NCBI GenBank assembly: GCA_038212275.1
Contig: JBBQUR010000023.1
Span: 15,417-79,416 of the forward strand
DNA length: 64,000 nucleotides
DNA from: Planctomycetota bacterium
GTDB taxonomy: Bacteria > Planctomycetota > B15-G4
Direction of reading: 5' to 3'
The position numbers were made by a program, and so were the translations under genes. Positions 48,782 to 58,905 of this stretch are shown here, piece after piece (positions within the stretch are counted from its first letter, which is position 1; the number at the start of each line of letters is the position of its first letter). Under the pieces are notes generated by a model. It did not search any database. It was not told the origin of the DNA and saw only the letters and a list, made by a program, of their open reading frames with translations.

Positions 48782-50038
48782 ATGTCGGCGCTCCTCGCGC
48801 CGGCCCTCCTCGCGGCGCTCGCCAGCTGCGGCGGCTCGCACGAGGCGGACGAGGGCCGCATCGTCGACCCGGCCTCGCTGCCGGGGCAGGTCATGGACTT
48901 CGCCACCGCGCAGAACTTCTTCCCGCCGCTCAAGCGCCCCACCAGCCGCATGATGTGGGACGAGGACGCGTGGGTCGTGCTGCGCCCGGATCGCACGCAG
49001 TCCTTCGACTGGGCCGAGCATCCGGCCGGCCGCATCACCTTCCGCACGAACAACCTCGGCTTCCGCGAGGACGCGCCTACGGCGCCCGTGAAGAGCGGGC
49101 CGCGCATCCTCGTCACCGGAGACAGCCAGACCGAGGGCGCCGTGAACAACGCCGAGTCGTGGCCCAACGCGCTGGAGCGACTGCTCGCGGCGTCGCGCGC
49201 GACGGCGTCAGCCTCGCCCGGGCCGCACACGGACGCAGCGACGCGGTCGGAGCCCGCGACGTCGGCGGGCGCCGCCTCGGCCGACGTCGAGGTGCTCAAT
49301 GCCGGCGTGGGCGGCACGGGGCCGCACAACTTCCTCGGCGTGCTGCGCCGCAACCTCAGGCTTGCGCCGGACGTGTTCATCGCGGCGCTCTACGCGGGCA
49401 ACGACTTCCAGGGCGCGCTGCAGGTGAACGACTTCTTCGCCAAGCGACACGCCGCGCCGCGCTCGGCGGAGTACACCTCGCGCCTCGATGCGGCCAACGC
49501 GCGCTGGCCCGACGCACTGCCGCAGGGCTTCAATCAGGCCGCCTACTTCGCCTTCGCGCCGGACGACGCGGCCGTCGCGCTCGACGCCGTCGTCTCCGTG
49601 TACGCCGCCATCGACGTGCTCTGCCGTGAGCACGGCATCCGTTTCGTCGCCGTCGTCATCCCGATCAAGGCGGACGTCGAGCCCGACGACGATCGCGCCA
49701 CCGTGGACGCGATCCTCGACGCGCTCAGCCTCACGCGCGAGCAGCTCGGCATCGACGCGCGCCTCGGCCGGCAGTTCGCCGACGCGATGCGCGAACGCGG
49801 CATTCCCTGTGTCGATGCGCTCGATGGCATGCGCGGCGCTGCCGTGCCGCTCTACTGGCGCAAGGACCATCACCTCGACATCGCCGGCAACGAACGACTC
49901 GCTGCCGTCGTGCGCGAGCCGCTCGAGGTGCTGCTCGCGTCGCCGGCTGCACCGCCAGGCGCGCCTCAGCCTCAGCCCGCGCCGACGCCGACAACGACGC
50001 CTGCGCCCGAGTCGCCATCCGATGCGGTCAGGCGATGA
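48782..50038 (+). CDS. SGNH/GDSL-hydrolase (AlgJ/AlgX-like) lipoprotein
   Basis: Lipobox LASC, TNNLGFR, ILVTGDSQTEG, LNAGVGG, GND and DHH. Confidence 0.75.
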   Translation: MSALLAPALLAALASCGGSHEADEGRIVDPASLPGQVMDFATAQNFFPPLKRPTSRMMWDEDAWVVLRPDRTQSFDWAEHPAGRITFRTNNLGFREDAPTAPVKSGPRILVTGDSQTEGAVNNAESWPNALERLLAASRATASASPGPHTDAATRSEPATSAGAASADVEVLNAGVGGTGPHNFLGVLRRNLRLAPDVFIAALYAGNDFQGALQVNDFFAKRHAAPRSAEYTSRLDAANARWPDALPQGFNQAAYFAFAPDDAAVALDAVVSVYAAIDVLCREHGIRFVAVVIPIKADVEPDDDRATVDAILDALSLTREQLGIDARLGRQFADAMRERGIPCVDALDGMRGAAVPLYWRKDHHLDIAGNERLAAVVREPLEVLLASPAAPPGAPQPQPAPTPTTTPAPESPSDAVRR

Positions 50039-51287
50039 GCATCGCGTCGCCGTAGCTGAAGAAGCGGAAGCCTTGCGCCAGCGCGTGGGCGTAGGCCGCG
50101 CGGATCGTGTCGCGCCCCGCGAGGGCGCTGACCAGCACGAGCAGCGTGCTGCGCGGCTGATGGAAATTGGTGAGCAGCGCATCGATCGCGCGGAAGTCGT
50201 GACCGGGCCGCAGGAAGATCTCCGTGCTCGCGGGGCCGGCGCGCAGGCCGCTTCCGTCCGACGTCACGGCGCTCTCCAGCGCGCGCACGACGGTGGTCCC
50301 CACCGCGACGACGCGGCCGCCCGCGGCCCGAGTCTCCGCGAAGCTCGCGGCAAGCGCCTTCGGAATCTCGTAGTGCTCGCGATGCATGACGTGCTCGTCG
50401 AGGCTCTCTCCGCGCAGCGGCCGGAACGTCCCCTCGCCGACATCCAGCCGCAGACGCGCCACGCACACGCCGCGCGCGACGAGCGCCGCGAGCAACTCCG
50501 GGGTGAAGTGCAGGCCCGCCGTCGGCGCGGCGACGGCGTCGGCGCTCGAGACGTGTGCCGTCGAGGCCTTCGCGTCCGCCGCTGAGGCGAGGCCGGCGGG
50601 TACCGACGCGGAGGCCCCCGCGAAGACGGTCTGGTATCGCTCACGATCGAGGGCATCGCGCGGGTCGGCTTCCGCGCCGCGCTCGATGTACGGCGGCAGC
50701 GGCATGCGGCCGACCTCGGCCAGCAACGCGCGCACGTCGCGACCCGCCTCCACCGCGATGACGTAGCGACCCTCGCCGAGCGCCGCGCGCAGCATCCAGG
50801 TGTCGCCCGCGACGGCGAGTCGTTCGCCGACGAGGAGGGTGCCGCGCGCACCGAGCAGCACCGTGGCCTCGCGGCCGCGGGGTTCCAGCACCAGCACCGA
50901 GACGCGCCCGCCGCTCGACACGCGCCGCGCGACCAGCCGGGCCGGCAGCACATGCGTGTCGTTGAGCACGAGCAGGTCGCCCGGCTGCAGCAGCTCGGGA
51001 AGATCGGCGACGCGCCGCTCTGCGAAGGAGTGCGTGGGCGCAGCGGCCGTCGCACCGCGCTCGGGCGGCGCGGCGAGGGACGTCGCAGCGGCGCGCGGGA
51101 CGAGCAGCAGCCGGGCCGCGTCGCGGCGCGCGGCGGGCACCTGCGCCACGGCCTGCGGCGGGTAGTCGTAGTCGTAGTCGCTGCTGCGGTCGCTCACGGC
51201 GCGCACTCTAGCTTGAGGCTTCGCCCGATCCGTGCCCGGGCGCCCGAGCGCGCGCGGTCCCGATCGCGCGGCGTGCGCGAGGTTCAT
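50028..51287 (-). CDS. queA: S-adenosylmethionine:tRNA ribosyltransferase-isomerase
   Basis: NDTHVLPARL, PLPPYI, RYQTVFA, AAPTAGLHFT, TNFHQPRSTL and FFSYGDAM. Alternative GTG start at 51197. Confidence 0.95.
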   Translation of the reverse strand: MNLAHAARSGPRALGRPGTDRAKPQARVRAVSDRSSDYDYDYPPQAVAQVPAARRDAARLLLVPRAAATSLAAPPERGATAAAPTHSFAERRVADLPELLQPGDLLVLNDTHVLPARLVARRVSSGGRVSVLVLEPRGREATVLLGARGTLLVGERLAVAGDTWMLRAALGEGRYVIAVEAGRDVRALLAEVGRMPLPPYIERGAEADPRDALDRERYQTVFAGASASVPAGLASAADAKASTAHVSSADAVAAPTAGLHFTPELLAALVARGVCVARLRLDVGEGTFRPLRGESLDEHVMHREHYEIPKALAASFAETRAAGGRVVAVGTTVVRALESAVTSDGSGLRAGPASTEIFLRPGHDFRAIDALLTNFHQPRSTLLVLVSALAGRDTIRAAYAHALAQGFRFFSYGDAMLIA

Positions 51288-51928
51288 CTCAGCAGCCCCA
51301 GCAGCCGGTCGGCCTCCGCCTCGGCTGCGCGACGATGTCCGCGGTGCTCCAGCGAAGCGATGTGACTGAGCGAGACATCGAGGCCGAGCGGGTCGAGGCG
51401 CGTGGCCAGCGCGAAGGCCGGCGCGCGGTCGGCCGGCCGCCGGTCGCGCACCAGCAGGCGCACCGCGGACGGCCACGGCTCCTCGCGCAGCGCCCCGGCC
51501 CCCCACAGGGCCGCGAGGCGTCTCACGTCGGCTCGACGCAGCGCGGCCTCGCGCATCGGCCGGCCGTGGCCGAGGTCTCGCAGGTCGCGGGCGAGGCGCG
51601 CCGACAGCTCGCGTGCCAGCGCATCGCGGGCTCGCGCGACGAGCTCCGCCAGCGTGGCCGTGAACTCGGGACCCTGCTGCGCGGAACGTTCGAGCCAGGC
51701 CCGCACGCGCGCGAGGTCGTCGATGTAGCGGCCGCAGCCCGGGCAGCGGCGCACGTGCCGGGCCAGCGCGGCCAGCGGCCGCCCCGGCTCGGCGCCGACC
51801 GCAAAGCGGCACAGGTCCTGGCGCACGGCTTCGCAGATCTCGGCCAGCGGGCGCGGCGGCCCGGCCCACCCGCGCGCGTCGGCCACCGGTTCCAGATGGG
51901 TACGGAGTGTCTCTGCAAACGTGTCCAT
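51284..51928 (-). CDS. Hypothetical protein with a zf-HC2-like HxxxCxxC motif
   Basis: C...HVRRCPGC and a helical C-terminus. ATGA coupling to queA. Confidence 0.55.
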   Translation of the reverse strand: MDTFAETLRTHLEPVADARGWAGPPRPLAEICEAVRQDLCRFAVGAEPGRPLAALARHVRRCPGCGRYIDDLARVRAWLERSAQQGPEFTATLAELVARARDALARELSARLARDLRDLGHGRPMREAALRRADVRRLAALWGAGALREEPWPSAVRLLVRDRRPADRAPAFALATRLDPLGLDVSLSHIASLEHRGHRRAAEAEADRLLGLLR

Positions 51929-52174
51929 GGCTGCTGTCTCCCGAAGTTGCGTGTCGAAGGCGCGCGACCCGCCTCGCTGCACTGCGAGACGGGCCCGTCC
52001 GTCGGGCTGCCCGCCCGTCGAACGGCGGAACAGGACACCGGAGGGCCGGCAGAATCACCGCCGACGCCTCGCGAGCCGGTGCCCCTCCGGGTCTCGTGCC
52101 GGCTGCACGCGGTCCGCTAGAATGGCCCGGCTCGACTGCGCTATCGAAGAAGCGCCCCCGCGGAGACCAGCACG

Positions 52175-53074
52175 GTGACCGAAAACCACGAAATCCCCAC
52201 CTCCCTGCGCCTCAAGACCGGCCTCGCCGAGATGCTCAAGGGCGGCGTCATCATGGACGTCACCACAGTGGATCAAGCTCAGATCGCCGAGGCTTCTGGC
52301 GCGTGCGCCGTGATGGCCCTCGAGCGCGTGCCGTCCGACATCCGCAAGGAAGGCGGCGTGTCGCGCATGGCGCGCATCGACATCATCGAGGCCATCATGA
52401 AGACGGTCTCGATCCCGGTGATGGCCAAGTGCCGCATCGGTCACTTCGCCGAGGCGCGCGTGCTGCAGCAGCTCGGCGTGGACTACATCGACGAATCCGA
52501 AGTGCTGACGCCCGCCGACGAGCACTTCCACGTGGACAAGCACGCCTTCAAGGTGCCGTTCGTGTGCGGCTGCCGGAACCTCGGCGAGGCGCTGCGGCGC
52601 ATCGGCGAAGGCGCGGCGATGATCCGCACCAAGGGCGAGGCCGGCAGCGGCAACATCGTCGAGGCGGTGCGGCACATGCGCGAGGTCGTGCGCGGCATCC
52701 GCGAACTGACGCTCAAGGGCGACGAGGAGCTCATGACGGCGGCCAAGGACCTTGGCGCGCCGTACGAACTGGTGCGGCTCGTCGCGAAGACCGGCAAGCT
52801 GCCCGTGCCCAACTTCGCCGCAGGCGGCGTGGCCACGCCGGCCGACGCCGCGCTCATGATGGCGCTCGGCGCCGAGGCGGTCTTCGTCGGCAGCGGCATC
52901 TTCAAGAGCAGCGACCCGAAGACCTTCGCCGTCGCCATCGTGAAGGCCACCACGCACTGGGACGACCCCGAGCGCGTGCTCGCCGCCAGCCGCAGCGTCA
53001 CCGCCGCGGCCATGCCGGGCCTCGCGATCGACAAGCTGGACAAGAGCGAACTGCTGCAGACGCGCGGCTGGTGA
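52175..53074 (+). CDS. pdxS: Pyridoxal 5'-phosphate synthase lyase subunit
   Basis: [25 protein letters not shown] and [13 protein letters not shown]. Confidence 0.98.
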   Translation: MTENHEIPTSLRLKTGLAEMLKGGVIMDVTTVDQAQIAEASGACAVMALERVPSDIRKEGGVSRMARIDIIEAIMKTVSIPVMAKCRIGHFAEARVLQQLGVDYIDESEVLTPADEHFHVDKHAFKVPFVCGCRNLGEALRRIGEGAAMIRTKGEAGSGNIVEAVRHMREVVRGIRELTLKGDEELMTAAKDLGAPYELVRLVAKTGKLPVPNFAAGGVATPADAALMMALGAEAVFVGSGIFKSSDPKTFAVAIVKATTHWDDPERVLAASRSVTAAAMPGLAIDKLDKSELLQTRGW

Positions 53075-53078
53075 GGGC

Positions 53079-53660
53079 GTGACGCTGCACGTCGGCGTGC
53101 TGGCGCTGCAGGGTGATTTTGCCGCGCACGAACGGTGCGTGGCGGCGCTCGGCCATCGCGTGCGGCAGGTCAAGACGGCCGCACCACTCGACAGCCTCGA
53201 CGCCCTGCTGTTTCCCGGCGGCGAGAGCACGACGATGCTGAAATTCCTGCAGGAAGAGAAGCTGCTGGAACCGCTGGCCGCCTTCTGCCGCAGCGGCCGG
53301 CCCGTCTTCGGGACGTGCGCCGGGGCGATCCTGCTCGCCACCGAGGTCAGCGCGCCGACGCAGCCGTCGCTCGGCATCCTCGACATGAGCATCGAGCGCA
53401 ACGCCTACGGGCGACAGGTGGACAGCTTCATCACGCGCCTCACCGACGTGGCCCCGGCAGCGGCCGGGCTCTCGGGCGTGGAGGCCGTCTTCATCCGCGC
53501 GCCGGTCATCCGTCGCACCGGGCCCGGCGTGGAGGTGCTGCTGCGCCAGGCGGGCGATCCGGTCCTCGTGCGGCAGGGTTCCGTGTACGCAGCGACCTTT
53601 CACCCCGAGATGACCGACGACACGCGCGTGCTCTCCCTCGTGCTGCAGGGCGCCGCGTGA
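53079..53660 (+). CDS. pdxT: PLP synthase glutaminase subunit
   Basis: GVLALQG, PGGESTT, GTCAG, RNAYGRQ and FHPE. Confidence 0.97.
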   Translation: MTLHVGVLALQGDFAAHERCVAALGHRVRQVKTAAPLDSLDALLFPGGESTTMLKFLQEEKLLEPLAAFCRSGRPVFGTCAGAILLATEVSAPTQPSLGILDMSIERNAYGRQVDSFITRLTDVAPAAAGLSGVEAVFIRAPVIRRTGPGVEVLLRQAGDPVLVRQGSVYAATFHPEMTDDTRVLSLVLQGAA

Positions 53661-54376
53661 GCCCGGCCCCGCGCGGCGGCTCGCGCAGCGGCTCGCGCGG
53701 GCAGCGCAAGCCGGCGGCGCCCGAGCCGGAGCGCGTGCGCGCGATCCTGAAAGCGCTGACGCACCACGACCCGCATCCGCGCTGCGCGCTCGACTACGCC
53801 TCGCCGTTCGAGCTGATCGCGGCCGTGATCCTCTCCGCGCAGTGCACCGACAAGCGCGTCAACATGGTGACGCCCGCGCTCTTCGCGCGATACCCGGACG
53901 CCGCGGCGCTCGCGGCGGCCGAACAGGCGGACGTGGAGGAGCTCGTGCGCTCCACGGGCTTCTTCCGCAACAAGGCGAAGAACCTCATCGGCATGGCGCG
54001 CGGGCTCGTCGAGCGCTTCGACGGGCAGGTGCCGCCGGGCATGGACGACCTTCTCTCGCTGCCCGGTGTCGCGCGCAAGACGGCCAACGTGGTGCGCGGC
54101 GAGATTTTCGGCCTCGCGGACGGCGTCGTCGTGGACACGCATGTGCTGCGCCTTTCGGGGCGCCTCGGCCTCACGCGACACGCCGACCCCGTAAAGGTGG
54201 AGCGCGATCTCATGGCGCTGCTGCCGCGCGAGGAGTGGATCGGCTTCAGCCACCGGCTCATCCGCCTCGGTCGCTCGCAGTGCGACGCCCGCAAGCCGCG
54301 CTGCGCGGGGTGTCCGCTGGAGCAGCTCTGCCCGAAGTGCGGAGTGTCCGTGGCGCCGCGTTCGGCGCATGGCTAG
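53657..54376 (+). CDS. nth: Endonuclease III
   Basis: LSAQCTD, HhH LPGVARKTAN, VDTH and FeS motif C-x6-C-x2-C-x5-C. GTGA overlap with pdxT. Confidence 0.95.
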   Translation: MSPAPRGGSRSGSRGQRKPAAPEPERVRAILKALTHHDPHPRCALDYASPFELIAAVILSAQCTDKRVNMVTPALFARYPDAAALAAAEQADVEELVRSTGFFRNKAKNLIGMARGLVERFDGQVPPGMDDLLSLPGVARKTANVVRGEIFGLADGVVVDTHVLRLSGRLGLTRHADPVKVERDLMALLPREEWIGFSHRLIRLGRSQCDARKPRCAGCPLEQLCPKCGVSVAPRSAHG

Positions 54377-54446
54377 ACGGCGCGCGCTTCAGTACGCTCC
54401 TGACGCCATCGCGCCCGCACGGCGAATCCACCGCACGAGGTTCCAC

Positions 54447-55505
54447 ATGTTCAAGCTGCTCCACCCCGCCGCCCTCTCCGCCGCCGCCCTCACCGGCGCG
54501 CTGCTCCTCGCAACGCCCGCTGCAGGTCAGCGGATCGCGCAGCCGCAGGCCAGCCCGGCCGCCTCGGTGACCCAGACCATCGGCTTGACCGACGTCGCCG
54601 TCACCTGCAACCGGCCGGCCGTGAAGGGCCGCACCGTGTGGGGCAAGCTGGTGCCCTACGGCGAGGTGTGGCGCGCCGGCGCGAACGCCAACACGACGGT
54701 CCGTTTCAGCGGGCCCGTGAAGATCGAAGGCAAGGACCTCGCGGCAGGCACGTACGGATTGCACATGATCCCGACGGCCACCACGTGGACGGTGATCTTC
54801 AGCAGGAACTCCACGTCGTGGGGCAGCTACTCCTATTCCGACAAGGAGGACGCGCTGCGCGTCACCGTGACGCCCGTCAAGACGGCGCCCACCGAGTGGC
54901 TCACCTACGACTTCACCGAGTTGTCTCCCGACGGCGCCACGCTGTCGCTGCGCTGGGACACCCTGGCCGTGCCGTTGAAGCTCACGGTGGACACGCAGAA
55001 GGCGATGCTCGAGAACCTGCGCACTGCGCTGAGCAGTGCCGCCGCCACCGACTGGCAGCTCCCGAACAGTGCCGCGGCGTACTGCCTGGCCAATGCGATC
55101 AATCTCGAGGAGGCGTTGGAGTGGAGCGACGCCTCGCTCGCCATCGCGCAGAACTACACCAACATGATCGTGAATGCGGGACTGCTCGAGGCCCTGGGCC
55201 GCACGGCTGACGCCGAGCCGATGCGCCAGGAAGCGCTGGCTCTGGCCACGGAGCAGGAGCTGAACAACGCCGGCTTCCAGTATCTGGAATCGAACCAGCT
55301 GCAGAAGGCGCTCGAGACCTTCAAGGCCGGCGTCGCGGCGCATCCCGAGTCTGCGGATGCGCACGAAGGGCTGGCCCAGGCGATGTCGCTCAGCGGCGAC
55401 AAGGCGGTCGCCATCGAGAACTACCGCAAGGCGCTGCAACTCACGCAGGACGCACAGAGCAAGGCACGCATCGAAGGAGCGCTGAAGACGCTGGGCGCGA
55501 TGTAG
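54447..55505 (+). CDS. DUF2911 domain secreted protein with TPR repeats
   Basis: ASP..SVTQTIG, RPAVKGR..WG.LVPYGEVWRAGAN and a TPR C-terminus. Confidence 0.88.
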   Translation: MFKLLHPAALSAAALTGALLLATPAAGQRIAQPQASPAASVTQTIGLTDVAVTCNRPAVKGRTVWGKLVPYGEVWRAGANANTTVRFSGPVKIEGKDLAAGTYGLHMIPTATTWTVIFSRNSTSWGSYSYSDKEDALRVTVTPVKTAPTEWLTYDFTELSPDGATLSLRWDTLAVPLKLTVDTQKAMLENLRTALSSAAATDWQLPNSAAAYCLANAINLEEALEWSDASLAIAQNYTNMIVNAGLLEALGRTADAEPMRQEALALATEQELNNAGFQYLESNQLQKALETFKAGVAAHPESADAHEGLAQAMSLSGDKAVAIENYRKALQLTQDAQSKARIEGALKTLGAM

Positions 55506-55554
55506 GCCCCGGGAGCCCCGGGAGCCTCGGAGCCTTGGAGCCCCCGGAGGGCCC
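55506..55554 (+). repeat. Degenerate GGAGCC-core tandem repeat between convergent genes
   Basis: GCCCCGGGA x2, GCCTCGGA, GCCTTGGA and GCCCCCGGA. Confidence 0.6.
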
Positions 55555-55589
55555 CAGGCGCGGCGCCCTGCCGGACGGCGCCCCTCGGC

Positions 55590-56177
55590 TCAGGCAGGCC
55601 GCGTGAGGCGACGCGCCATGTCGGCCAGTTCGCTCCCGAGTGCCAGGCAGTCCTTGTGCTGCCGGGCATCCTTGAGTCGGCCGTCGCTCTCGAAGGCCTC
55701 GTGAGCGCGTCCCACCGCGACCTGCCCCGGCAGCACCAGCACGCCGATGTTGCCGAGGATGGACCGCACGGTGGCGAGTCCGCGCAGACCGCCGAGCGCC
55801 CCCGGCGACGCCGACACGAGCGTGGCCAGCTTCCCCCTGAAGGCGATCAGCGGCGCCTCGCCCGGCGCGGCCCGCGACGCCCAGTCGATCGCGTTCTTCA
55901 GCAGCGGCGTGATCGAGCTGTTGTATTCGGGGCACGCGATGAGGAAGCCGTGGTGCGACACGAGCTGCTCCTTGAAGGCTGCCGCGGGAGCGGGCATGCC
56001 GCGCTCGCTCTCGCAGTCCTCATCGAAGAGCGGTATGACGTAGTCGCGCATGTCGAGCAGCGTGACCTCGGCACCTGCCTGACGCGCGCCGTCGGCCGCC
56101 ACGCTGACGAGCCGGTGATTCCACGACTCCCGGCGGGCGCTGCCGGCGAAGGCGAGGATGCGGATGGAACTGCTCAT
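55590..56177 (-). CDS. NADPH-dependent FMN reductase
   Basis: AFAGSARRES.N, PEYNSS...LKNAIDWASR and SPGALGG. Confidence 0.93.
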   Translation of the reverse strand: MSSSIRILAFAGSARRESWNHRLVSVAADGARQAGAEVTLLDMRDYVIPLFDEDCESERGMPAPAAAFKEQLVSHHGFLIACPEYNSSITPLLKNAIDWASRAAPGEAPLIAFRGKLATLVSASPGALGGLRGLATVRSILGNIGVLVLPGQVAVGRAHEAFESDGRLKDARQHKDCLALGSELADMARRLTRPA

Positions 56178-56380
56178 GCGGGACACTCCGGGATGCGAGA
56201 GGTCGCGCAGTCGTATCCGCTCGCGCCGTCTTGAACAAGACGGCCCGCGCCGACTCTCCGAGGAGTCGCGTGCATGGGGTCGCGTCCGCGCGCGATTGCA
56301 CCTGCGTCGGGCCCGGACTCCTCGGCAGGAAGACGTGCCGGCCGAGTCGGAGCGGCAGCGGTCCTGATAGAGTGGCGCGC

Positions 56381-57064
56381 GTGGAAGCTTCCTCCCCAGC
56401 CACCACTGCCGTGCCGCTCTTCCCGCTGCCCCATGGGGCGCTCCTGCCGGGTGAGCTCCTGCCTCTGCACGTCTTCGAGCCTCGCTACCGCGTGATGCTC
56501 GAGGAGATTCGCAAGGGCGACCGCCTCATCGGCATTGCCACCCTGCTGCCCGGGTGGGAGACGGACTATCACGGTTCGCCCGCCCTCGCCGACGTGGTCG
56601 GGCTGGGGCGCGTCGTGAAGGACCGCCTGAATCCGGACGGCACCAGCGACATCGTGCTGCACGGCCTTCTGCGCGGGGAAATCATCGAAGAGCTGCCGGG
56701 CAAGCCCTTCCGCAGGGCGCAGCTGATGATCCGCGGGGACGGCCACTGGCATGCGGCGGAGACCTACCGGCTGCGGCGCGAGCTGCTCACCGGCATCGCG
56801 GAGCGCCTGCGCAATCGCCAGCTTTCCTTCGATCTCACGGCGGGCTTCGATGTGGGCGCGCTCGCCGATCGCATCGCGTCCGCACTCGATCTCAGCGTCG
56901 AGCAGCGCGTCGAGATGCTGCAGGCTCTGGACCTCGAGCGCCGCGTGGCCCTGCTGCTGTCCCTGCTGCGCGAGAAGGCCCACCGCCAGCAACTGCTCGA
57001 AATCATCCCGTCACTGCACGCATTCTCGCTGGCCCTGGGATCGCCGCTCGGCCCGGCCACCTGA
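56381..57064 (+). CDS. LON peptidase substrate-binding (N-terminal) domain protein
   Basis: PLFPL...LLPGELLPLHVFEPRYR. GTG start inferred. Confidence 0.85.
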   Translation: MEASSPATTAVPLFPLPHGALLPGELLPLHVFEPRYRVMLEEIRKGDRLIGIATLLPGWETDYHGSPALADVVGLGRVVKDRLNPDGTSDIVLHGLLRGEIIEELPGKPFRRAQLMIRGDGHWHAAETYRLRRELLTGIAERLRNRQLSFDLTAGFDVGALADRIASALDLSVEQRVEMLQALDLERRVALLLSLLREKAHRQQLLEIIPSLHAFSLALGSPLGPAT

Positions 57065-57079
57065 CAGGAGCCTCAACGC

Positions 57080-58750
57080 ATGACTTCCAAGCCGTCGCAC
57101 TCCGAGGCCTGTCCGCCGCTCACGGCCGCACCTGACTTCCAGCGCATCGAAGTCACGAGGACGCGCGACCCTCGCCTTGCACGCACGGCGCGGCTGGCAG
57201 CCGCGCTCATTGCGCTCGCCGTGGCCGGCTGCGGGCCGGACGTGCCGAAGCACGACGTGCTCATCATCTCGTTCGACACGCTGCGTGCGGACCGGCTCGG
57301 CGTGTACGGCAACACGGACTGGGGCACGACGACGTCGCCGCACGTGGATGACCTCGCCGCGCACGGCGTGACCTTCGACCGCGTCGTGGCCACGCGAGGC
57401 CAGACCCACCCGTCCCTCGGCGCGCTGCTCTCCGGCAAATACCCGATCACGACGGGCCTGCGTGAGAACGGGTCGACGCTGCTTCCACAGCACAGGACGA
57501 TCTTTGAACTCCTCGCGCAAGCCGGGTACCAGACCGGAGTCTTCGTCGCCAACTTCGACAAGTCGGATCCGATGGACAGCTGGGTCTTCCGCGGTGCCGA
57601 CACGAGCGACGACGGCTTTCACGGGCGGTACGACTCGGAGGCCGCCAACGAGAGTCGCTTCCAGGAAACCTGGGACCAGCGCGTGGAGGAGTCTGCACTC
57701 TCATTCCTGGGGCGACTCGACCCGGACGAGCCCTTCGCCGCGTGGGTGCATTTCTACAACATCCACAAGCCCTACAACCCGCCCGCCGAGTACCTCACGC
57801 GCTACGGCATGTCGCCGGACGCGCCGGCCGACCTGCGTGCGCCGGGGCCCGATTCAGGCCGCGCACTCGAGATGTATCTCCGCGACATCACGCTGGGCGA
57901 CCGGGAGATCGGCGCTGCGGAGCTGCGCCGCATCCTCGGGCTCTACGACGGCGCCGTCAGCGCCACCGACGAGCGGCTGGGTCGCCTGCTCGACAAGCTC
58001 AAGGCGATCGGTCGCTACGACAGCACGTACTTCGTGTTCACCGCGGATCACGGCGAAGAACTCTTCGACCATCATCGCTACTTCTTTCACGGCAACTCGG
58101 TCTACGAGAGCGTGCTGCGGCTGCCGCTCGTGATCGCCGGCCCCGGCCTGCCGCAGGGCGTCCGCGTCAGTGCGGCGAACGTGCAGAACATCGACATCGC
58201 GCCCACGATCCTCGAGTTGCTCGGGCTCCCACCGGCGCCCGACATGGAAGGGCACTCGCTCGTGCCGCTGCTGCGCGGCGAGACGACCGAGCCGCCGCGG
58301 CCCTACGCCTTCAGCGAATGGCAGGACATCGTCTATGTCGTCACGGACGGCAACTACGCGTACATCCACAACCCGATGCACGCGCACCTGCTCAAGGAGC
58401 CCTACCAGACCCGGGGCGGCGAGGTGGTCACGCGCGGCTATCCGCTGCAGTGCTTCGAGGCCTACGACCTGCGCACCGATCCGGACGAGCAGCACGACCT
58501 GCTTGCGGGCAAGGATCCGGCGACGCTCGGCTCCGTCGGTGGCCTGCCTCCCGAGCTGGCCCCGCTGCGTAAGGCGCTCGAGCAATGGCTTGCGGACCCT
58601 CGTCACGAACGCGAGATGTCCTGGCCAGGCCTCTCGGACGATCGGGTCGAGCGGGAGCGGCGGGCCAAGCTCGAGGAGATCGGTTACATCAGCGGCGGCA
58701 GGCTCAGCCGTGACGTGCTGCTCAAGGAGCCTTGCTCCACGCCCCGGTGA
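57080..58750 (+). CDS. Sulfatase-like / alkaline-phosphatase superfamily lipoprotein
   Basis: Lipobox VAGC, DTLRAD, THPSL at the nucleophile position, HKPY, TADHGE, DIAPTIL and DPDE. Confidence 0.85.
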   Translation: MTSKPSHSEACPPLTAAPDFQRIEVTRTRDPRLARTARLAAALIALAVAGCGPDVPKHDVLIISFDTLRADRLGVYGNTDWGTTTSPHVDDLAAHGVTFDRVVATRGQTHPSLGALLSGKYPITTGLRENGSTLLPQHRTIFELLAQAGYQTGVFVANFDKSDPMDSWVFRGADTSDDGFHGRYDSEAANESRFQETWDQRVEESALSFLGRLDPDEPFAAWVHFYNIHKPYNPPAEYLTRYGMSPDAPADLRAPGPDSGRALEMYLRDITLGDREIGAAELRRILGLYDGAVSATDERLGRLLDKLKAIGRYDSTYFVFTADHGEELFDHHRYFFHGNSVYESVLRLPLVIAGPGLPQGVRVSAANVQNIDIAPTILELLGLPPAPDMEGHSLVPLLRGETTEPPRPYAFSEWQDIVYVVTDGNYAYIHNPMHAHLLKEPYQTRGGEVVTRGYPLQCFEAYDLRTDPDEQHDLLAGKDPATLGSVGGLPPELAPLRKALEQWLADPRHEREMSWPGLSDDRVERERRAKLEEIGYISGGRLSRDVLLKEPCSTPR

Positions 58751-58839
58751 CGTGCGCCGCACGGGAAGTCGAGATGCCGCCGGCCGCGGGAGTCGGCAGC
58801 TTGCGTGCCGCGCAGTCTGCTGCGCGCTGCATGAAAACA

Positions 58840-58879
58840 CCGGCGGGCGTCGCGATCGGGAGATCGCGGCGCCCGCCGG
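58840..58879 (-). terminator. Intrinsic terminator of the cytochrome c peroxidase gene
   Basis: 18-bp stem CCGGCGGGCGTCGCGATC/GATCGCGGCGCCCGCCGG, followed by TGTTTT on the minus strand. Confidence 0.65.
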
Positions 58880-58905
58880 CGAGATATCTCGGATTCAGCG
58901 AACGA

